A stretch of DNA of 64,000 nucleotides from Mobula hypostoma (Eukaryota): contig NC_086097.1 of assembly GCF_963921235.1 (NCBI RefSeq), positions 219,606,001-219,670,000 on the forward strand, written 5' to 3'. This document shows, in pieces, positions 1 through 11,497 of the stretch; positions within the stretch are counted from its first letter, which is position 1; every line of letters begins with the position of its first letter. The translations under genes and the position numbers were made by a program. The notes under the pieces are model-generated. The model made no database searches. It had not been told where the DNA came from and saw nothing but the letters and a program-made list of their open reading frames with translations.

Positions 1-1304
1 TCGCTCCAGCCTCCACTGTATGAATCCTTGCCAGTGTCACGTGACCACCTGGCCAGACTGTCTCAAACTATGATCTTTGAGAACTTCACAGTCCAGAACT
101 GATTGATGTTACTAATAATGGTTAGTGTGCACAGTGGAAGCTCAACAACCTACAAGCTCCTAAGCCGTGACTATTGGGAGCATCCTATGTAGAAACAAAT
201 GGTAAAAGAAATGAAGGTACCAAAATGCTATTGAGGAGCACAAGAGTGTTCTTAATGGCTATGGTTAACTGTTACTGTGAGTCCTTTAACATGAGTGAGT
301 TCTTTACATTTCTATTTTATGTATAAATGCCTGGCGATATTTATAGCCATTTGATGACAGACTCCCAGCCTATTTACAAGTTCTAAATATGCAGAGGTAA
401 GTATAATTGGCAGCCAATATTCTTGAACATGCTTAGTGCTGGCAAACCAAAGATATACTCCCTTCCCTTTCAGACTTGAATTGTCTAAAGTTAAAGAAAC
501 TCACATGCAGAAAGGCAGAATTCAAAGCATGTGTTTTTTAAAAATTTTCACAGGTTCTTTCAACATTAATGGTGTGTATTAGATATAATGAGCTCTTAAA
601 CAAGACAGGAGAATGAGTATTATTTAGAAGCCTAAACAAAACACTACAAAGCCTTGATATGTCATCTGTATTTATACAAGCAAGCATTAATATTGTCTGA
701 TTGCAGCAAGAAAGAACATGATCCACTCACAGATGTCTGTTGTAATTACTATCAATAACTCAAAGGAAACGCAACTGATCCTGTATACTTAAAATCAAAC
801 ACAAGCATCTGGAAAGAAAACTGAACAGCTTCTGTGAAAATTGTCAATAGTCTGGTGCATTTTAACTGTGGTTGTAAACATTTTCTTGATTTTTACCTAA
901 TATTATCCCACTTTCTTCCCTTTATTTATTAGGCTAGAAGCTCTTGGTCCACTCCTGATGTTCTGGTTGTCATCTTCCGTGGTGGGCCAATGTACACAAA
1001 GTTGAATGAGATGGTATCTGTCGGGTTTATCTTCAAAGAGCTATGCAACACTTCATTGGCTTAAAACCACTGCAAATTTTTCCACTGTGGTTGCCGAATT
1101 TACATGACAGGCTACCACACTCTTTAATATCTAATTTAGGATTCTGTGAGCCAGGATTACTTATAATGGCGCACAAGTAACGAGAAGTACTGGAATTTCC
1201 GTCTTCAACCCACTTTTCCTCTTTTCTGGGCTTCTTTCAATTGACCCCTCCATGGTGCATGTGGCATTTACTGACACACACTGGCACCTGTGGAGCAAGT
1301 CCTT

Positions 1305-1640
1305 ATTTGAATTCTCATCCTTATTTTCAAATCCTCCAATGCATCTTTCTTGAATTCTTCTGTAATTTCTCCTATCCTCTCACTTCTTCAATATGACCCT
1401 CTAATTCTCGCTTCTTGTACGCCACCATTTTCCATCAATTCATCATTACTTTCAGCTGTCATGTCACGAAGTTCAAGAATTCCCTCCCTGACACTTTACT
1501 TTTTCACTTCACTTCCGCTAAAAAGCATAAAAGCCTTGATCACAACATCAACAATAAATTTTTCTTTATATGACTCAGTAAAATTTAGTTTGATAACACT
1601 GTGTAATGTCTGTGAATATTGAAAGTTTATGTTGTTCTTG
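1305..1640 (+). mobile_element. Degraded L2-type LINE 3' remnant
   Basis: aattctcatccttattttcaaatcc...gaattccctccctgacac...tttgataacactgtg resembles the 3' end of fish/shark L2 as recalled; no ORF left. Confidence 0.5.
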
Positions 1641-2169
1641 ACTCAATCGTTTAAGTTGCCTAATAAAGAAACCATTTTTCTTTGGAGAGATGGGAGGTAG
1701 TGGGGAACTGTCAGAGGCACGGGGGTTGAAATTCCTCCCCTATTGCATGAACTAAATATGCAGTCTAGTGATGGAAGTGCTGAACTCAGCTTCTGTGTTG
1801 TGGTTTCATTGATGTAATATGAGATAGTAATCTGCAAGGTAACTTTCAAGCTGTGATGAGGTTTGATCATGGAGAGTGAAGACTCTGGGAGAGCAGCAGC
1901 CCAGTTTAATGCTCCTCCGAGGCCTGTTAGAATCTTATCTTTGGTCTGACTCTTCAGATCTGTGGGGCTTTGCCACCTGAAGGAAGAAAGGGCAAGTGCA
2001 TGCTTTAGTTATTGGTGCCTTTGGATACAGAAGAGATTGTGGGATGGGTGACATACAGAAAATTAATTACATTTAAATATCCATCACTTTCAATTACCTC
2101 TGAGGTACCAGTCTGACCGCAGACTCTCGCAACCACTCCAGCACCTTTTTTGTCCATGCCACTGAAATG

Positions 2170-2221
2170 CAGACGTGTTTCAACCTTTTTTATGCCATGG
2201 ACCAATACCATTAACCCCTGC
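2170..2221 (+). mobile_element. Fragment of a short hAT-type MITE
   Basis: caaccttttttatgccatggacc is closely similar to the reverse complement of the copy at 35392-35463; ends in acccctg (TIR-like). Confidence 0.5.
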
Positions 2222-3390
2222 ACCATCACTCCCAATTATCCTGCTACAGTCTCTGGAAGATAAAATTCAAGAACTCAGAGCAAGATTGCTGTACTAGAGG
2301 GACGTCAGGGACTTTGCTTCATGGAAACATGACTATCCCCCATTATTTTGAATGCAACACTGTCACTCAATGGCTTCACAATTCTCCACAAAAACAGACA
2401 GCTGAGACTTTTAAAGACAGCGGAGGTGGAGTATGCTTTATCATTAACTTATCATGGTGAACACATGTTCTTTCTCAGCCCTACTCACCTGACCAGGAAA
2501 ATCTGTGGGAGCTTTCAATCATCATCCTGGTAGCAGCATTCATTCCATCTCAGGCCAGCATCAGGCAGGCACTGGAGGAACTGAGGAATGTAATCAGCAG
2601 TCACAAAACTGCGCACCCTGATGCCTTCCTTGTCATCGTGTGAGATTTCAACCAGTCCAGCTTGAAGAAGTTTCTGAGTAACTACCATCAACATATCACC
2701 TATGGAACCAGAGGAACCAACACCCCTGACCACTGTTATACCACCATCGAGAACGCTTACTGCCATCCCAAGCTCACACTTTGGAAAGTCCAATCACCTG
2801 GAAGTAGCTCTACTCCAAGCGTACGGGCAGAGATTAAAGACAGCAGCACCAGTGGTGAGGGCCAAGAAGGTATGGTCATGGGAGGCAGAGGAACACTTAC
2901 AGGATTGTTTTGGATTGGACAATATTCAGGGATTCATCTTCGTGTCTGAAAGAACATGCCACAGTTATCATCGACTTCATCAAGACGTGTGTGAATGAAT
3001 GTGTGTCTTGGAGAACATACCACACATATCCAAACCAAGAACCGTGGATGAACCAGAAGATTCATAACCTGCTGAGTGCTAGATCTGTGGAATTCAAGAC
3101 CAGTGATCCAGAACTATACAAGAATCCCAGGTACAACCTACAGATAGCTATTTTAAAAGCAGAAAAACAAATCTGATTGACATTACCAACACAATTGGAT
3201 GCACGTCACCTCTGGCAGGGTTTGCGTGAATCAGGAATGGCTGTGATGCTTCACTCCCAAATGAACTCAACACCTTTTATGCACGCTTTGAAAGGGAGAA
3301 TAGAACTACACCTGTACACACCCCTGCAGAATCTGGTGACCCTGTAATCTCCATCCGGAAGCTGATGTCAGAACACCTTTCAAGAGGGTG
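2222..3390 (+). mobile_element. Rex1/Babar LINE fragment (APE endonuclease and linker), frameshifted
   Basis: Peptides KKFLSNYHQHITYGTRGTNTPDHCYT and DWTIFRDSSSCLKEHATVIIDFIKTCVNECV...TYPNQEPWMNQKIHNLL are typical of the Rex1 ORF. Confidence 0.85.
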
Positions 3391-3511
3391 TTATTGGAAA
3401 CCTGAACCACAAAAAGTTTAATCTCTTTGGTGGAGTTCACCACATTTATCAAAACAAAAATGTGACACATACCTGAAGGCAAGATACATTTTTTTAATTC
3501 AATACTACCTT

Positions 3512-4200
3512 GCAGGTGGCACAATGGTGCAACTGCTAAGCAGCCCCAGTGACCTAGTTTCAATCCAGATCTCTGGTGCTCTATAGAGTGAGTGCATTCT
3601 CTGCTACTGTATCGGTTTTGCCACAGGTACTTCATTTCCCAGAGACATGCTAGTTGGCAGGTTTATTCACTGTTGTAAATTATCCCAATAGTCCCTAAGA
3701 GGACCACAACCGTATGCCTCAATGACCCAGAGAGCTATGCTGGCTGGAGTCCGGGCTTTAGGCTTTGACTCTTGGTAGGGTCACCTATGCTAAACAGGTC
3801 AAAGGGTAGAGGACAACTAAGGGTGGTCCACCGGTCCTCCAAACTCAGGGCTAATAACCCTGACTAGGGGTAAAACAAAACTGTTTTGGAAACATCAATG
3901 GAGCATCCTTCTATATTGGAGGGCGGCATTATTCCTGAATCTCCACCTGGAGGCTGTATGGCTGGTAGTAGTGAAAACTGAGAGGAAGCTACCGGCATGA
4001 CAAAGGAAGCCCGGAACACTGACTTGTGTTCAAGGAGAACCTTCTTTGCTGCTCTAAATGCCAGTGAGAAATTAAGTAGATAGTAGTGGAAGAATTGGTG
4101 CGATAAGAGACAGTGGGTTGTGTGGAGGGGAGAGGGGTTTGGAATGGAATTGATCTGAGAGTTAGTGTAGACTCAGAGAGCCTGTGATTTCCATGCCACG
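3512..4200 (+). mobile_element. tRNA-derived V-SINE (HE1-like), interrupted at about 3700-4070
   Basis: Head ggtggcacaatggtgc, B-box-like gtttcaatcc, V-domain-like ttgtaaattatccc; tail resumes at about 4075. Confidence 0.6.
3700..4070 (+). mobile_element. Non-autonomous RTE-derived element (5' UTR fused to 3' end)
   Basis: aatgacccagagagctatg...cttggtagggtcacctatgctaaacaggtc resembles RTE/Expander 5' UTRs and is joined to an RTE-type 3' end (aggagaaccttctttgctgctcta); second copy at 44335-44532. Confidence 0.7.
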
Positions 4201-4702
4201 GGGTAATTTAAAATACATGCACTCTACCTATGAAAATGTATGAATGAATATATGATTGCAGTGGTAGACTTCAAAACAATGAAGTTAGTGTGTAGATTCT
4301 GAGTAAACATGCAGGAGGACACTGTCAAAGATTGGTAATTGTCTCAAGTTCAGAGTTGTATCTACTTGGACTTGCATCAAAACAATACAAAACATGCAAA
4401 CTGTAAGTTGCTGTTTCATTTAGGCTGTGCTCGCCTGTTATACATCACTTTGCCCTACTTGCAGTATTGTAAATTGAGATTATAATTCTGAAGGATACAT
4501 TTGTTATGGCACCTAGGTGTGTCCCAGTGCCAGCTTCTATATTAGAAAATAATTATTCAGCAGCGACTTCAGATCTTCCTGGCCCTGAAGGAAAGTGAAC
4601 AATATTAACTGTTTTGGCCTGTTCAGCCAGCTTCGTGCACTGGCTGTCACAGTAAAATCACAGTCCGGTTCATATAAACTCATTAGCTACTTTATAAGGT
4701 TC

Positions 4703-4902
4703 AGAAGTGAAACCTGGTGTGGTCTTCTGCTGCTTTGGCCCAACCACTTTAAGGTTCAATGTTTTGTGCATTCAGAGATGTTCTTTTTTACACTTCTGTT
4801 GCAACGCATGTTCATTTGAGTTACTGTCACCTTCCAGTCAACTTGAACCAGTCTGGCCATCTTCCTTTGACCTCTCCCATAAACATGGTATTTTTGCCCA
4901 CC
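4703..4902. mobile_element. Tc1/mariner-type non-autonomous element, internal fragment
   Basis: ggtgtggtcttctgctgc...cattcagagatg...tttgagttactgtc...gaaccagtctggccat matches a recalled widespread fish Tc1-like repeat. Confidence 0.65.
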
Positions 4903-5659
4903 AAAAGTCAAAAAGAGAGCAAACGACAAAACAAAACCAAACTTCTAACTGGGGATGTGTAAAGAGATTTTTAGTCAAGGAGAAAATATTTGATCAGGTA
5001 CAAAATAAGCACATCTGAAATCAATAGAAATAGGTATCAAATTTAGTTTAGGCAGCAAATCGTGCTACCAGATTGAACAGAAGAGCAAAGTCAAAAACGA
5101 TTGTGGATTGGGGAAGGGAAGCACCAGGAGCAACACTTCAATGTTGTGTTGATTTTGTTGATATAATTGATGTTAAAATTCTAGCAGCCTATATCACTGA
5201 GGGGCAATGCAGGTGCTTTAACTACTACATGGAAGTGATGCTAACAATGAATAAGTAAACGTGATGAAATGTTTGGTTGAGAACTAAAGCACATTTTTCT
5301 GCTGAGCCTGAAAGTGTCCACCCCTCAGATATAAGATACGGGGGCCATATAGAATGACTTGGCTCTCCTTGAAATTTATGATTGCTTCCATGAATTGGAA
5401 TATATCCCATGTAATGACAACAGTAAAAATTAGCAGCAAATCAAAAGCAGGCAATCAGTCCTGTCTAATAACTTTCGAGTTTGATTTCAATTACAGGTAA
5501 GTCAATGGCAGGGGTCTTTGGAGATGTCTGGGACAGTGGCCTGGAAGGAGGAGAGCATTATTTCTGAGAAAGGAAGTTTTGTATGGTAGGTTCTATAATT
5601 GAATATTATGAAGAGTTTATAAAGTTATAGGATGTTCCAAGTATGGTAGAAATTATTTC

Positions 5660-5990
5660 CTCTGATTAACTGCTGCCCATGTGCTTACAAAAAGAATGAT
5701 GTATTTTGTATACTTGGGGACGAGATTAGCTTGGAGGATGGAATTGGACGCAGTTGTTGAGATGATTAAATAATGGCATCAGTTCTGATGATGTTGATCA
5801 GTGTCAGAGTTTGCAGTTCCGTGAGATGTTTGCTACTTTCATCCATCTTTATTAATGAACTAGATAAAAGAATCTGGGCAACATTCCACACATCTGCTGA
5901 TGACATAACTTAGACAACGTAAACAGTATTCAGATGGAGCCAAGTACATTGGAATACTTGGCTTGAATAAGTGATGTTTGATGCATTTGG
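5660..5990 (+). mobile_element. Old CR1 reverse-transcriptase remnant
   Basis: tttattaatgaactagat...tctgctgatgac reads FINELD...SADD, a degenerate YINDLD...FADD motif. Confidence 0.55.
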
Positions 5991-6374
5991 ATCCACGAGT
6001 TCCAGATTTGTGTTAGGCTGTCCACTCAGAGCTGCTGAGTGGGAGTTGACCAGCGGGCTGTAGTTGATGAAACATATTACCAGCTGTTTCAAAAACAAAT
6101 ACAAAATTACACTCAAAGTATGGCTGGAGAAGACACTGAGTTGATTGAATTGAGAATGCTGCAACAGGTTTTGGTTCCTGCACAAGGGAATAAATATCAT
6201 TGCAGTGGTAAAGGCTCAGTTCAAGCTATTTAGCTGATAACCAGTCTCCTTAGCACCCACTTCTGAATTAGAACCTTCAGGATCCAGTACAATGACTTGG
6301 CACAGAATTCAACCCAACATTCACTGGGGGCATGCTGCATAGTCAGAGGAGCTTGTTTTGGATGTGCTTTTAAA

Positions 6375-7447
6375 TCAAGTTCAAAGAAAAAGGAAAATTA
6401 TTATCATAGTACATATATACCATCATATACAACCACGAGATTCATTTTCAAGAAACACAACAGGATCAATGAAAGGCCCCACCCAAAAGGATGGACAATG
6501 GCCAATGTGCAAAGAAAAAAACAACAAACTGTACAAATACAAAAAGAATGAGTAAAAAGAAACAAAGCTTACAAAATAAATAAGCAATAAATCTTGAGAA
6601 GATGAGATGAAGTTAAGTCATGGAGTGAGTGAAGTTGAGTGAAGGTATCCCCTCTGGTTCAAGAGCCTGATGGTTGAAGGGTAATAACTGTGCCTGAACC
6701 TGACGCTCCTGTAGCTTCTTCCTGATGGCAGCAGCAAGAAGACAGCATGACCTGGATGGTGGATGCTGTTTTCCTGTGACAGTGCTCCATGTAGTTGTGC
6801 TCAATAATGAGAAGAGCTTTATCCGTGATGGACTGGGTCATATTCATTACTTTTTGTTGGCTTTTCCACACAAGGCCATTGGTGTTTCCATACTGGGCCG
6901 TGATGCAATCAGTCACTATACTCTCCACTTTTGTCAAATTTTTAGACGAAATGCCGAATCTTTGCAAACTTTTAAGGAAGTAGAGGCGCTGCTGTGCTTT
7001 CTTCAAAATGACACTTGCTTGCTGGACCCAGGACAGGTCCTCTGAAATGATAATACTGAGGGATTTGAAGTTGTTGACCCTCTCCACCTCTGATCCCTCA
7101 ATGAGGACTGGCTCGTTGACTCCCGTTTCCTCCTCCTGAAGTCAATAATCATGTGCCTGGTCTTGCTGACATTGAGTAAGAGGTTGTTGTTTTGGCACCA
7201 CACAGCCAGATTTTTAATCAAACTCCAATCTGCTGATTCATCACCATCTTTGATTTAGCCAGCCACAGTGGGGTCACTGGCAAACTTAACTACTGCATTG
7301 GAGCTGTGCATATCCTCACAATCATAAGAATAACACGAGTAGAACAGGGGGCTAGGCACACAGCCTTGTATTGCACCTGTACTAATGAAGAGTGTAGAGG
7401 AGATCTTGTTGGCAATCTGAACTGACTGGGGTCTGCAAGTGAGGAGA
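6375..7447 (-). mobile_element. Rex1/Babar LINE, 5'-truncated (RT C-half plus 3' UTR)
   Basis: STGAIQGCVPSPLFYS...KFASD; WCQNNNLLLNVSKT; ERVNNFKSLSIIISEDLSW...KKAQQRLYFLKSLQRFG. Confidence 0.9.
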
Positions 7448-7599
7448 TTCTGTGCCAAGTCACTGAACTGGATCCTGAATTCTCAAGCTTCTAATTCAGA
7501 GATGAATGCTAAACTAATGTACAGATAATGAGACAGGTTATCAGTCAAATTGCCTAGAAATGAGCCTTTACCAGGGCAATGATTTCTACATAAGTAGTT

Positions 7600-8241
7600 G
7601 CTGTGCAAGTTGATCTGGTGTTTAAGAAGGTATGTAGTATGTTGGCCTTCATTAGTTGGGGGATTGAGTTCAGAAACTGTGAGATAATGTTGTAGCTCTA
7701 TAAAACCCTAGTTGGACCACACTTGGAATATTGTGTTCAGTTCCTAATAAACCTTATTATAGGTTTAGAGAGGAGATTTACCATGATGCTGTCTGGATTG
7801 TAGAACATGTTTTATGAGGATATGTTGCATGAGCTGGGACATTTCTCATTGGAATGAAGAAGGTGAGAAGTGAGTTGGTGGAGGTGTACAAGATTCTAAG
7901 GGGCATACATACTGTGGACAACAAAGACTTCTTCCCAGGGAAGAAATGACTAAAATGAGAGGGCCTCATTTTATGGGTAATTGGAAGGAAGTATAGGGGG
8001 ATATCAGAGGTAGGTTTTGTACACAGATAGTGGTAGATGTGTAGAACATGCTGCTGGGCGTTGTTGTAGAGGCAGATACGTTAGGGACATTTAAGATACT
8101 CGTTGATAAGCAGATGATTGAAAGAAAAATGGCAGGCTATGCAGGATGGAAGGGTTAGATTGATCATAGATTAGGTTAAAAGAGCAGCACAACATCAGGG
8201 GCTAAGAGGCCTTTACTGTCCTGTATTTTCTATGTTCTATT
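7600..8241 (+). mobile_element. CR1 LINE 3' fragment
   Basis: ggaccacacttggaatattgtgttcag (PHLEYCVQ motif); CR1 3' UTR ending ttctatgttcta. Confidence 0.9.
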
Positions 8242-9019
8242 TCCAAAAAGAAAGCTTAAACACATGTTTGCTGCCTTGATTCCCATATTTCAACAGTGAC
8301 AATTTTTGCAAACTACTTAATTAATTGTTAATGTCTTTAAAGGTTCTAAATAAATGCAAATATTTCTTTTCTAAGGGTTTTTAGATAGCACTTTATGGAT
8401 TGGGGTGTTTTCCTCTTGAAAAGAGACACAATGGAGATATGAAGGGATTAGTTCTATATGAATGAATGGATTATTTGAGCCAGAGAGGCAGGGGATGTTT
8501 CGGGGAGTTGGTACAAAGCACATTTAGGCTGGCTGCCAGAAAGTGCTATTTTTCACAGAGAGTCATCAAACTCTACATTAGGTTTCCTTTCAATGTGTCA
8601 GAGGGTTGGCATGACTTTAGAGAAAGTAAGGCAAATCCTTGTGAGTGGGATAAGTTACACAATATGGAGGCTGATGAGGTGGTGGGTGGCGGACAAATAA
8701 TACTATCAATATTGTTAACATAAGCTCCTGGAACACTTGCTAGTTTTCCTGTAGGGGAAGGAGATGAATTTTCAAAGTTTATTTCCTAATATCCTTCTTG
8801 CCTTTTGGCCTCTTGCGTGATCATGTTTAGTGGGTTGATACTGCACACAAGATACCCCATTCAAATGGGATAGGCTTGAAAATCAAACTAGACTTTCCTG
8901 GTTCCACCTTCTTTTTTTTAAATAGATTAGTGAGGGGACTTGTCCCTTTCTGAATGCACAATGACTTCTTACTGAGTTCAAACCAAATGTACATTTGTAC
9001 AAATGTACAACAGCTTTAC

Positions 9020-9320
9020 ATTTCCAGTGGGTTCTACCTTGACCTCAGGTGCAGCCTGTGTGAAGCTTGCACATTTTCGTTATGACTCTGGGTGCTCCAG
9101 TTTCCTTCCACATCCCCAAAGAACTGTGGTTAGTAAGCTAGTTGGCTACTGTAAATTTCCTCCAAATATAACCGATTGGTAGGAATATCAGAATGACCTG
9201 TTGGGCATGTGGGTAGGAACAAGTTGCAGAAAGGTTCATGGGGGAAATGAAGCTGAGGAGTGGCATTGAAAGTTGGTATAGACTTGATCAGTCAAATGTC
9301 TCCTGCTGTGTCATAATATG
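9020..9320 (+). mobile_element. V-SINE (HE1-like), degraded
   Basis: ctctgggtgctccagtttccttccacatccccaaag...ttggctactgtaaatt V-domain. Confidence 0.7.
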
Positions 9321-9384
9321 TGTAATACTTGATCATATTATGTAACAAGTTTCTGAAACTGGAGACCAACACACAACAAGGAAA

Positions 9385-9522
9385 TGAGTCCTGAGAAAAG
9401 GATCTTGGCCTGAAGCTTCAACTATGTATTAATTTCCATAGATGCTGCCAGACCTGCTGAGTTCCTCCAGCATTTTATGGATGTTGCTTTGGATTTCCAG
9501 CATCTGCAGACTCTTTTGTGTT
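9385..9522 (+). mobile_element. Penelope-like element 3' module with degenerate hammerhead motif
   Basis: gagtcctgagaaaaggatcttggcctgaagc followed by gatgctgccagacctgctgagttcctccagc...ttccagcatctgcag; homologous to 30118-30250. Confidence 0.8.
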
Positions 9523-9654
9523 TATAGTAAGTTTATGGTTGCTATCAAAAATCTGAGGAGATATGAAAGAAGATGATTGACTGTTCAGTTTTAGAGTCAG
9601 ATTCAGGAAATATCATAAAATAGTAAACAGATAAGTTATCAGCCCCTGCATTTT

Positions 9655-9810
9655 CTGGATGTAGGAGAACATCAGAGCATCATAGAAAAACTCAAGTAGT
9701 TGTAGAGAGAACATCTCAACTCTACTCAAGTAGACTGGAGGTCAGGATTGAACCCAGATTGCAGGAATAATGCTGCAGCATCTCCAGGAGCTACAGCACT
9801 GTGCCCACCT
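9655..9810 (-). mobile_element. V-SINE 5' fragment
   Basis: ggaggtcaggattgaacccag (reverse B box) and cactgtgccc (reverse head). Confidence 0.55.
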
Positions 9811-9959
9811 TGTTTACAGAGGGCAGATTGAGAATGCCAGCCGAAAAGAACATTAAACTAGTCAACTCGAAACGTCTCAGCCTCAGAAGAGCTGACGAAA
9901 AGTCAGAGCCAGGCAAGGTTATGAAAATGGAACCAGGCAATTACAGTAATAATTTGATA

Positions 9960-10162
9960 CATATGTTTGTTATCTGGAATGCACTTCCAGAGAGGGCGGT
10001 GGAATTTGATACTATCTTAAAGAGGTATTTAAATAAGCGAAGGATAGAAGGATATGGTCTCAATGCAAGCACATGAGCTTTGTAGAGGGGGCAAAATATT
10101 TGGCATGGATGTGCACAGTGAGCTGAAAAGCCCATTTCTGTGTTGTACATGCTATGCCTCTA
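9960..10162 (+). mobile_element. CR1 3' end fragment
   Basis: IWNALPERAVE...LKRYLN...IEGYG terminal peptide followed by the 3' UTR. Confidence 0.8.
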
Positions 10163-10265
10163 GCAGAGAGAGGTAGTTCAGCAAGACGAAGGAATTGATT
10201 TTGGACTTCAGTCAGAGGAATCAGGAAACCAGGCACCAGAACTCGCTAAAGGATCAGTAATGGGA

Positions 10266-11497
10266 TGTCATGGTCCAGTCCGTGAAGTCCGCATTCCAGT
10301 TCACGGTCTGGTCCATCAATCCTTATTCCAGATTTTCCAGTTTTCCCTTGTCCTGTTGTGTGCCTTAATTGAGGCACATGATTCTCATTTTAGGTTGGCT
10401 ACATAAACAGCTCCTGGGTTCAGCTTCAGTTGCTGGACTGTTCCCTTCCCTTCCCCCCCCCCTTCTGTAGCCTCGCCTGCTACCTTTCACCTGAAGCCTT
10501 GCCTGCTACTTTCCCTGAAGCCTCACCTGTTACCTTCGCCCGTGTCCTTGCCTGTAATGCTGTCAGGTTCAACTGCCAGGGCAAAACTGGGGCCTTGCTG
10601 TGTCTCGATAAGGAACTGTCTTTCGGTGTTTGGAACTGTCTCTTTGTGTCCTCGCCTTCGCTAGGTAGGTCCAGCCATTTGCCGCTACCTTGAGTTGGGA
10701 ACCATCTCTGTGTCTATGCCTTCACTAGGTAGGTCCGGCCATTTGCCGCCACCTTGAGTTGATAACTGTCTCTGTGTCCATGCCTTTGCTAGGTAGGTCC
10801 GGCCGTTTGCCACCAACTTGAGTTGGTAACTGTCTCTGTGTGCACGCCTTCGCTAGGTAGGTCCAGCCATTTGCCACTACCTTGTGTGGAGACTTGTCTC
10901 TCAGTGTTCTGTGTACGAATCCCAGCCCTACGTCCTGCTCCCTAGGAGGGGTCCAGACTCTGTGTTGAGCCCTGGCCCCAAGTCCTGTTCCCAAGGAGGG
11001 ATCCCAGCTCTGTGTTCCATGTTTCTGTTCTCCCTCGGCCAAGGCTCCGCGTTCCTGTTCTCCCTCACCAAGTCATGTTCTCGTCCTGAGCATGTGCCTC
11101 TCCCAGCCCAGGAGTACCTCACCCAGCCCGGTGCTAGGGTTCCCTTGTCCTGTCCAGGAGTCTCACGTCCAGTCCTCTTACCACTCCTCGTTCTGTAGCC
11201 ACATCTTGTCCTCGCCTAGATCCTGGGTCCAAGCGCGAGTCAAGACCCAGGTTCCGGGTCCCTGTCCAGTTTCTGGCTTGGAGTCCTTGTCCAGGTTCCA
11301 AGTTCCTAGTTCCTCGTCCAGGTCCCACTTTCCTAGTCTAGTCCTAGTTCAGGTCCTGTACGCTAGCCTCGTCTAGGGCTTGTGTCTTGTCCAGCGCCAT
11401 TTCTTCCCCACTTCTCTTGCTTGCTTGACACTTGCTCCTAGTACTTCAGTGTCTGTGTCTTGCATTTGGGTCTGCTCCCAGCGCCCCCGTTATGACA
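10266..11497. mobile_element. Solo LTR (Gypsy-like), 1232 bp
   Basis: Inverted termini TGTCAT...ATGACA; 5-bp TSD TGGGA at 10261-10265 and 11498-11502; cleanly splits the Rex1 element. Confidence 0.85.
10654..10900. repeat. 64-bp tandem repeat, about 4 units, inside the LTR
   Basis: Units start at 10654, 10718, 10782 and 10846 (gccttcgctaggtaggtccagccatttgcc...). Confidence 0.95.

Larger units (their letters stand above)
6225..8370 (+). mobile_element. Fragmented Deu-domain SINE (SacSINE-like): head about 6225-6378, tail about 8255-8370
   Basis: Head ...gggcatgctgcatagtcagaggagc...; tail tttcaacagtgac...tacttaattaattg...taaatgcaa; separated by Rex1 and CR1 insertions. Confidence 0.45.

Noticed and set aside
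933..1064. Acceptor followed by a 43-codon open stretch (ARSSWSTPDVLVVIFRGG...)
   Set aside because: Unrecognised peptide, weak donor and no partner exons
10654..10900. CRISPR-like regularly spaced repeats
   Set aside because: Whole 64-bp units are homologous with no unique spacers, they lie inside an LTR in eukaryotic DNA, and there are no cas genes
10725..11376. Several overlapping 60-105 aa ORFs
   Set aside because: Low-complexity, stop-poor LTR sequence with no recognisable domain
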